Assembly (NCBI GenBank): GCA_045803545.1 | Contig: JBJMOW010000004.1 | Coordinates: 864,001 to 928,000, forward strand | Origin: Gemmatimonadaceae bacterium | Lineage (GTDB): Bacteria > Gemmatimonadota > Gemmatimonadetes > Gemmatimonadales > Gemmatimonadaceae | Length of the DNA: 64,000 bases | Reading direction: 5' to 3' | Part shown: piece after piece, positions 57,516 to 64,000 of the stretch | How positions within the stretch are numbered: position 1 is the first letter of the stretch | Layout: each line of letters begins with the position of its first letter | Program-made: the position numbers and the translations under genes | The notes under the pieces: model-generated | Told to the model about the DNA's origin: nothing | Databases searched by the model: none | Seen by the model: the letters and a program-made list of their open reading frames with translations, nothing else

Positions 57516-58235
57516 GTGCGTTATTCCCTGATACTTCTAGCGCTCGCGGCTGTCACTGCCGCTTGCTCACAGCAACAAAAACCAGCTCCGCCACCGACCA
57601 TCAAAGTCGTGCGCGAAACCGTCACCGTAAAGGATGGGGACGCTGAAAAGCGCGCTGCCCGTCTCGAGCTCCAGATGATGGCGCGCGACGCACAGATCGA
57701 GGATCTGCAGACGCGCCTCGACGACACCCGCGCCGAAGTTGTCCGCGCGATGGCCAAACTGCAGAGCGTTGCCAGTCGCGCTCAGGCAGCGTCGGCGATG
57801 GCCGAAGCCGAGGTCTCGCTGCAAACCATGAGGAACAGCGCCTCCGGGGATGCACCGCCGGAAGTCAACCAAGTCACCCGTCTCGTCAGACAGAGCTCGA
57901 CCGAATTCGATAAACAGAACTACGGCGGTGCGCTTTACCTCGCCAATCAGGCCAAGACCGTCGCTTCAGGTTATCGGGGCCGACTCGCAATGAACCGGGG
58001 TGAGGCCAGACCGGGCGAAACCCTGTTCGCAGTTCCGATCAAGCTCAAAGCGTCAACGAAAGGAAATGTTCGTGAAGGACCAGGCACCAATTTCCCCGTC
58101 GCGTTCTCGACAGATGCAGGAAGTGGCCTAACTGCTTATTCCTACGCCGATGAATGGATCAGGATTAGCGACGACAGTGGCAAGAATGGGTGGATTCACC
58201 GCACGCTGGTCAGCCGGCCTGACAGTACGAACTAA
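57516..58235 (+). CDS. Lipoprotein with coiled coil and C-terminal SH3b domain
   Basis: GTG 57516 after GAGGA; lipobox TAAC; NVREGPG...WIRI....GWI. Confidence 0.8.
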   Translation: MRYSLILLALAAVTAACSQQQKPAPPPTIKVVRETVTVKDGDAEKRAARLELQMMARDAQIEDLQTRLDDTRAEVVRAMAKLQSVASRAQAASAMAEAEVSLQTMRNSASGDAPPEVNQVTRLVRQSSTEFDKQNYGGALYLANQAKTVASGYRGRLAMNRGEARPGETLFAVPIKLKASTKGNVREGPGTNFPVAFSTDAGSGLTAYSYADEWIRISDDSGKNGWIHRTLVSRPDSTN

Positions 58236-58239
58236 CTGA

Positions 58240-59976
58240 TCAGCCGGTCTTAGCCAGTCTTCGGGCGCGTACCGTACGGTCGCGCCCTTCTCTTTTCGCC
58301 TGGTACAGCGCTTCGTCGGCTACGGCGATGATTGCTTCTGCATCGTCCGCGTCATCAGGGAAAGTGGCAACCCCGATGCTCAGCGTCATCTTGCGGCCAT
58401 TGAATTTCTTCGCCGCAACACGCGCACGAATGTGCTCGGCGGTGTCCATTGCATCGGCGACTGCGGTGTCGGGCAGCACGATCACGAACTCTTCACCACC
58501 GTAGCGCGCGCAACAATCCGTCTTGCGGGTTGAATCACGCATGACCTCGGCGATCATCTGCAGTACTTCGTCGCCCGCGGGATGCCCGAACGCGTCGTTG
58601 TATTGCTTGAAGTGGTCGACGTCGCCAACCAGGACCGAGAAGCCCTTGCGTTCCTTTCGGAATCGCGCGACTTCGTCATCGAGACGCTTCATCAGCGAGC
58701 GATGATTCGACAGACCAGTAAGGCTGTCCGTCGTCGACAACAGCTCCAGCTCTTCGTTCTTCTTGCGCAGCGTCTCGTTGATGCGATCGAGCTCGGCGCG
58801 CCCGTCACGGAGACGGTACACCATGTGATTGAAGACGTCCGTCAGATAGCCGACTTCTCCACCGCCAGGTGCTGCCGGCAGGTCGACGGTCAGGTCGCCC
58901 GCTGCAACTTCGCCCGCCGCCTTCGTGAGTCGATCCAACGGCCGCGCGATCAGCATGCCCAGTCGATACGCGCTGAAGGTCACCGCGATCAGCAGGAACA
59001 CGATGACGCCGAGTGCGACGTCCCGGAATCGGCGGACCTGTAGGTAAGCGGCTTCAGCCGACTGCTCGGCGATTACCGCCCAGTTTACTTGGGGCACATA
59101 CTCGAGCGTACCGATGACATCGCGATCGCGGAAGCTGTTGTACTCGAACGGAGCTCGCGCGCGTTCGCGAAGCTTCTTCATTGTTGGCGGCGGCATCGGA
59201 CTCTTGATCAGTGCCTCGGTGACACCGTCGGAGCTGGCGATGATTGATCCGCGCGTATTTACGAGATGAATTGCGCCCGCGCTGTCCGGCGCAAAGGAGC
59301 GCAGAAGGAGCTGCACGGGAGCGAGATTGAGCTCCGCTGCAAAGGCGCCGAGCAATCGTCCGTCGGCGCGCTGAGCGGGAACCGCCACTATCAGCTTCGC
59401 CCGCTTCGCAACCGGATCCCAGTATGGTTGGCCGACGATCTGGTTGTCGGCTTTTAACGTTTGCTGCCAGTCAGCGGGGAGCGGAACCTTGGCGACGTCG
59501 GGTGAGCTGGTGGCGATGACGTTTCCGTCGAGATCGACCACCATCAGCTTCTCGAAGTCGCTGAAGCGCTCGTGCAGGGAAACGAGGTAGTCGTGCAGTC
59601 TGCTCCCACCGGGCGTGACGGTGATGCGGCCGCCACGATCGAGGGTGATGACGACTTCGTCGGAGCCGGCGAAGACGCGCAGATCGTAAAGTCTCTCTCT
59701 CAGCCAGACGCCCGTCGCGCGCGCACTCTGCGCGCTGCCGGAGAGAAGATCTTCGTTGATTTTCTTTTCGAGAGCTCGGCGGTTCTGAGTATAGAAGACG
59801 CCAAGCATGGTGCCCGCAGGAAGCAGCGCCGCGGCAACGGCAAATGCGAGAATGCGGCTGCGGAGACTCTCGAACTTGGGGAAGGGAACGGGAAACTTCG
59901 CCCGCGCGCGCGGGGTTATTTGCGACGCTGGCTTGGCGGCGTTAATCGTTCCTGGCTCGGCTGTAGTTGCGGGCAT
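58240..59976 (-). CDS. Membrane sensor diguanylate cyclase (Cache-HAMP-GGDEF)
   Basis: Two TM around a periplasmic domain, HAMP (PL..L...GEVG.L...FN.M), DSLTGL.N, RKTD I-site, RYGGEEF. Confidence 0.92.
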   Translation of the reverse strand: MPATTAEPGTINAAKPASQITPRARAKFPVPFPKFESLRSRILAFAVAAALLPAGTMLGVFYTQNRRALEKKINEDLLSGSAQSARATGVWLRERLYDLRVFAGSDEVVITLDRGGRITVTPGGSRLHDYLVSLHERFSDFEKLMVVDLDGNVIATSSPDVAKVPLPADWQQTLKADNQIVGQPYWDPVAKRAKLIVAVPAQRADGRLLGAFAAELNLAPVQLLLRSFAPDSAGAIHLVNTRGSIIASSDGVTEALIKSPMPPPTMKKLRERARAPFEYNSFRDRDVIGTLEYVPQVNWAVIAEQSAEAAYLQVRRFRDVALGVIVFLLIAVTFSAYRLGMLIARPLDRLTKAAGEVAAGDLTVDLPAAPGGGEVGYLTDVFNHMVYRLRDGRAELDRINETLRKKNEELELLSTTDSLTGLSNHRSLMKRLDDEVARFRKERKGFSVLVGDVDHFKQYNDAFGHPAGDEVLQMIAEVMRDSTRKTDCCARYGGEEFVIVLPDTAVADAMDTAEHIRARVAAKKFNGRKMTLSIGVATFPDDADDAEAIIAVADEALYQAKREGRDRTVRARRLAKTG

Positions 59977-60222
59977 CGTTTATAGACGATTCATAGCCCA
60001 CTGAGCTACCTGCTATTCACTCGGAACAAGAACAGAAGAAAATGTTACGTGACGTGAAGCACCCCGACGCCAGTATCCAAACACTTGTCGTCGATTTTGG
60101 GCACAAATGTGCTCCTTAACCCCACGATTGAGACGCAATGTAAACCGCTGTGGTAGCTGAGCTTACGGCCACCGCTCAAAGCTTCCCGACTCGCAGGCGG
60201 GCCAAGTAACGACAGCGATAGC

Positions 60223-61425
60223 CTAGCGATCGAAAATAAATGTGTGCTGATATCGGTGGTATTCGCCGGTCACCCGGGCAGATATCATCTGCGCCGCCAC
60301 GCAGCCGAAGGGTATTCCGTTCGCCCCGTAAGCAAGTGCGAAAAGCAGCCGGTCATCCATATCAGGGTGGACCCCGACGAACGGCAGACTGTCCTTCGTC
60401 TCGCCGAATGTCCCCGCCCAGGCAACCGCGATTTCCATTTCGATTCGCGGAAAATATCGACGCGCCTTGAGCAGAAGTCGCCGTGCCTTCGCTCTCACTC
60501 GGCGATCTCGTTCCCTGGGATTGCGAAATGGATCGTCGAGTCCACCCGCCATGAGGCGGTTGTCCTGCGTCGTTCTCATGTAGAGATAGGGACGCGCCGA
60601 CTCCCAGATGAGACTCCTGCCCGGCCAATCGCTGAAGGCCGCCACCGGTTCCGTCGCAATCGCATAAGTGCTGTGCAGTTTCGCGACGCGCTGTGGCAGG
60701 AATTGCTCCGCCTCGTAACCACTCGCGATCACCACATGCGATGTGCGCAGCTTTCCACGATCAGTTATTACCTCAACGTGTCTGGACGAAGGGGTGATCC
60801 TTCGAACACGGGTTCGTCCGTAAATGCGCGCGCCTCTGTTCCGCGATCGCTCCAGCAGCGCGTGCGTCAATCGCCACGGGTCAACCTCGGCGCCTGCAGT
60901 ACTGCGCAGCGCCAGCGGCGCGTCGAAGTCGACCATCTCGCGCAAGTCGGCCTTCGTGAGTACCTCGCACGGCAAACCGACTGCGCGTCTCGCTTTACAC
61001 TCCTCCGCGAAGCTCCGGGCGTCTTTCTTCGACGAAGCGATGTATAGCGTCGGTCGCGAGTGAAATCCGACGTCAACGGGAAGTGAATGAGAGATGCGTT
61101 TGGTCGCACGCACTCCAGCCAGCGCGGCACGATAAGCGTCAGTGGCGCGACGCTCGCCGACTTTGTGAGCGAGCTCGATCAACGGGACATCGAGCTCGTA
61201 CTGAAGGAGCGCAGTTGTCGCCGATGTAGACCCCAACCCCGGCTGTCGCTTGTCGACTACGATGACCGACGCCCCCGCTTCGGTCAGCGCGTCGGCGCAC
61301 AGCGCCCCAGTGATGCCAGCGCCGACAACCACAACGTCGCAGCGCGAATTCCCATGAAGTGGCGGTGATACATCTCCCAATCCGTTTTGCAGCAGCCAGA
61401 AAGGCTGTGGCGACAATAAATCCAA
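60223..61425 (-). CDS. FAD-dependent oxidoreductase (DAO family)
   Basis: VVVGAGITG, GSTSATTALLQYE, PYLY.R, W.G.FGET.D.LP, YGANG. Confidence 0.88.
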   Translation of the reverse strand: MDLLSPQPFWLLQNGLGDVSPPLHGNSRCDVVVVGAGITGALCADALTEAGASVIVVDKRQPGLGSTSATTALLQYELDVPLIELAHKVGERRATDAYRAALAGVRATKRISHSLPVDVGFHSRPTLYIASSKKDARSFAEECKARRAVGLPCEVLTKADLREMVDFDAPLALRSTAGAEVDPWRLTHALLERSRNRGARIYGRTRVRRITPSSRHVEVITDRGKLRTSHVVIASGYEAEQFLPQRVAKLHSTYAIATEPVAAFSDWPGRSLIWESARPYLYMRTTQDNRLMAGGLDDPFRNPRERDRRVRAKARRLLLKARRYFPRIEMEIAVAWAGTFGETKDSLPFVGVHPDMDDRLLFALAYGANGIPFGCVAAQMISARVTGEYHRYQHTFIFDR

Positions 61426-61431
61426 GCCGGG

Positions 61432-62511
61432 CTAATCCACTTCGGAGAGGCGCTTCAGCGCCTTGAGGCGCTCGCTGTGCCCGATACGCGCTTTGTTGAC
61501 CGCTTCCTTGAGCCAATTGACCGATTGGTCGTAGACGTCGCGGTTCACCGGATAAGGATGACCGTCCTTGCCGCCGTGCGCAAAACTGAAACGAGCGGGA
61601 TCGCGCATGCTGGCCGGCGATCCGTACACGACGTCGGACACCAGCGCGAGCGCGCGTACGGACTTCGGCCCGACGCCGGGGATTGCAAGCAGCTGCTCAT
61701 AGGTCCGCGGGTTAGCCTCGTAGGTGCTCAACAAGACTTTGCGTAGATGCTTGGGATTGATGTCTTCCTGAATATCAACCCAATGCCTTTTCGGCAATTC
61801 CATGGATATCACGCGCGCGATTTCCTTGTCGACCAGGCGCGGCTCTTGTCGCGCGAAGTCGGTCGAGACATTTCTCGCCGCCGCCGATTCCGATGCGACC
61901 ATGTTCAGTACGGTCTCCGCCTGGGCATCGCTGGCGATCGCGGTGTGCGGCTCGTTGACGAAGTCGCTCACTTGTGAGCCGAGCCAGTGGTAGCGGCGCG
62001 CGTTTCCATCGTTGATGCGCATCCCTTGCTGAACGACAGCCCACTCGCCTTCAGTGCTGACGAAGAAGCTGTGGTGATAGATGCCGAATCCATCCTGAAC
62101 CGCTGCAGAATCGACTTTCGCTGCCATTCGGCTATTGTAGGCGAGTCGCGCTCCATCGACGCCCATGCGTGTTCCGTAATCGATCAGCTCTGAAGGCGTC
62201 CGCCGGGAAGTTTTGCCTTTCCCTCCGGCGACGAAGATCCCAATATCGTTTTGTCGTTTCGAAAGGCCTTCCTTGAGGGCTCCACAGACCGTTGTTGTCA
62301 CGCCGCTCGAATGCCAGTCGAAACCAAGTACACAGCCGAAGGCCTGGAACCATCGAGGGTCAGAGAGACGTCGCAGAAACTCAGCTCTGCCGTGCTCCAA
62401 AACCATGACTTCCGCGATAGCCGGGGCAAGCTCAGCCATACGCTGGAAAAGCCATTTTGGAGCTCTGCCGCCGTGTAGGGGAAGTGTAGCGCTACCAACG
62501 CGTTGCGGCAT
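61432..62511 (-). CDS. DUF763 family protein (HhH-containing)
   Basis: LPLHGG..P.WLF, DWHSSGVTT, AKVD.A.VQDG, IPGVGPK, AHGGKDG.PYPV. Confidence 0.88.
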   Translation of the reverse strand: MPQRVGSATLPLHGGRAPKWLFQRMAELAPAIAEVMVLEHGRAEFLRRLSDPRWFQAFGCVLGFDWHSSGVTTTVCGALKEGLSKRQNDIGIFVAGGKGKTSRRTPSELIDYGTRMGVDGARLAYNSRMAAKVDSAAVQDGFGIYHHSFFVSTEGEWAVVQQGMRINDGNARRYHWLGSQVSDFVNEPHTAIASDAQAETVLNMVASESAAARNVSTDFARQEPRLVDKEIARVISMELPKRHWVDIQEDINPKHLRKVLLSTYEANPRTYEQLLAIPGVGPKSVRALALVSDVVYGSPASMRDPARFSFAHGGKDGHPYPVNRDVYDQSVNWLKEAVNKARIGHSERLKALKRLSEVD

Positions 62512-62665
62512 CGCTCAGCAGTGAAAAAAAGGTATCAAAATAGTTAAAACGGATGTATATTAGGTGGTAGTCGAAATTCAATCCAACGGTGATTCCTAGG
62601 AGCGACCTAGTCGTCTCCGATAGTCTACCATCCGCGTCGTCTATTGCTACCTGCGAGGGCATGAA

Positions 62666-63460
62666 TTGATACGTGAATATGTGAAGAACGGATCGATGGG
62701 TGTGCTGGCGCTTCTCTGCGCCGCGTCCCGCTTTGTACCTGGAGCTCAGCCGGCCCCCCTGCTTTCGGCGCCGACTCTGTTGATGGCGGCTACCCGCTCC
62801 CATGACTCGACCGTCGCTTCTGTTACGACCGAGTACAAGACTGGCGTTGCCGCCAGGATCGATTCCGCGCTTCACGCGTTCTCCTCAGCAGTTAGACCGC
62901 TCAGTAGCCCCAAGGCGCTTGCGACGGCGTTCACGAGCTACTTCAACTACGCCAGTGTCCATCCGAGCGATGTCCGTAAACCGTACCTCTACTTCGTCGA
63001 TTACGGATTGCCGAGCACCGAGCCGCGTGGCTATGTGTTCGACATGAAGTCGATGTCGGTGGTCGAAGGCCCATTCACTGTCGCGCACGGCCGTGGTTCA
63101 TCGATTTCGCAGTATGGCGTCCCGACGAGATTTTCGAACGGCTTCGGCAGCGCGATGACGTCCCTCGGGCTCTACGTCGCGCAGGAATTGTATAGGTTCA
63201 CCGGTCATACCGGCGGGTCGGCGTATAGCTCCGTCGGTCTGCGTCTCGAGGGCGTCACGCCTGGCTACAACGATCACGCGCGTGCGCGTGGTGTTGTTGC
63301 TCACGGAGCGCCTTATGTGAGCGCGAGTAAAGCTGGTCGCAGCGAGGGCTGTCCGGCGATGGAGCAGGGCCGCGCACAGCGCGTGCTGCCCGAACTCGCC
63401 AACGGCGGAATGGTCTACCTCTTCTCGCCCAACGCCAGCCTGGTCGGCAGCGCGGAGTAA
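62666..63460 (+). CDS. Murein L,D-transpeptidase catalytic-domain (YkuD_2-like) protein
   Basis: VDY..PS...R, VAHG.GS, HGAPY...GRSEGCPA His/Cys dyad; start may be 62681 or 62696. Confidence 0.85.
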   Translation: MIREYVKNGSMGVLALLCAASRFVPGAQPAPLLSAPTLLMAATRSHDSTVASVTTEYKTGVAARIDSALHAFSSAVRPLSSPKALATAFTSYFNYASVHPSDVRKPYLYFVDYGLPSTEPRGYVFDMKSMSVVEGPFTVAHGRGSSISQYGVPTRFSNGFGSAMTSLGLYVAQELYRFTGHTGGSAYSSVGLRLEGVTPGYNDHARARGVVAHGAPYVSASKAGRSEGCPAMEQGRAQRVLPELANGGMVYLFSPNASLVGSAE

Positions 63461-63499
63461 TCAGGCTGTTTAGCTCACGGCTTGCGACAAGACGCGGCC

Positions 63500-64000
63500 G
63501 TGGGAATCTCATTTATCGATCGGATCTCATCGCGAGCTGACGGCCAGCTCTGGCCGCGTTGGCTTTTTCTGCGCGTGCTCGGGCTGATTTTCCTCAGCGC
63601 GTTTTATTCGCTGGCGTTCCAGATCCGAGGGCTGATCGGTGAGCGTGGTATTCTTCCGACCAGGTCCTATCTGCAGCAACTGTCGGGACTGCTCGGCGCG
63701 GTTGAGAAAGTTTGGTATGCTCCGACGCTCTTCTGGCTCAACTCCTCCGATGCCGCACTCACCACCGTGGTGGTGCTGGGCTCAGTCGCATCGATCCTGC
63801 TGGTATGCAACGTCGCGCCGCGCGCGATGATCGCGGTGTCCACGATCCTGTTTCTCACCTGCATCGCCGCGCTTCAGGATTTTTCGTGGTACCAGTCAGA
63901 CGGAATGCTGATGGAAGCCGGATTCATTTCCTTCTTCTTCGCGCCGGGTGGGCTGCGACCGGGACTCGGTGCGACATATCCACCGTCGCGCATTTCGCTG
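63500..64000 (+). CDS. Lipase maturation factor family membrane protein; runs off the window end
   Basis: Not in the ORF track; hand translation from GTG 63500: RWLFLRVLGLIFLSAF.SL..QI.GLIG.RGILP, PTLFW, F..YQSDGMLMEAGF. Confidence 0.85.
   Translation, partial: MGISFIDRISSRADGQLWPRWLFLRVLGLIFLSAFYSLAFQIRGLIGERGILPTRSYLQQLSGLLGAVEKVWYAPTLFWLNSSDAALTTVVVLGSVASILLVCNVAPRAMIAVSTILFLTCIAALQDFSWYQSDGMLMEAGFISFFFAPGGLRPGLGATYPPSRISL

Noticed and set aside
59977..60222. Long leader upstream of the diguanylate cyclase as a c-di-GMP riboswitch
   Set aside because: No class I or II consensus recognised by eye; an Rfam/Infernal scan would be needed.
62512..62665. AT-rich patch as a foreign insertion or ncRNA
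   Set aside because: Short and located between divergent genes; best explained as promoter DNA.
1..64000. tRNA/rRNA genes, transposases, integrases, prophage or known defence systems
   Set aside because: None recognised; almost all of the sequence is accounted for by ordinary CDSs and short spacers.

Overview
A gene-dense, GC-rich 64-kb bacterial chromosome segment with about 63 protein-coding genes. I recognised no rRNA, tRNA, CRISPR array, transposase, integrase or prophage gene. The gene style (Ig/RCC1 lipoprotein, acidobacterial-type PadR, DUF4097/DUF305/LVIVD proteins, many exported hydrolases, heptamer-built intergenic repeats) suggests a Gemmatimonadota-like soil bacterium; this is inference only. 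Housekeeping genes: pgm, sucB-lpdA, nagB, amtB-glnK. Exported hydrolases: GH78, GH30, GH13, GH130, peptidases M49, M28 and an EcxA-like zincin. Signalling: an RsbQ + PAS histidine kinase pair, a diguanylate cyclase and an ECF sigma/anti-sigma pair. Best candidates for a second look: (1) an ECF locus (His-phosphatase, metallophosphoesterase-cupredoxin fusion, sigma, anti-sigma) with two matching GGAATA-N17-GTC promoter motifs and an in-frame TGA in the anti-sigma gene; (2) a small Pol-beta-like nucleotidyltransferase next to an EEP phosphoesterase; (3) a porin followed by a membrane protein with a duplicated HxxEH metal motif, divergent from PadR; (4) a two-copy ~130-bp palindromic element; (5) a heptamer repeat family, one array of which lies in-frame in the sucB linker. 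Four genes carry single-base disruptions that may be sequencing errors. All family assignments come from reading motifs by eye; no database search was run.
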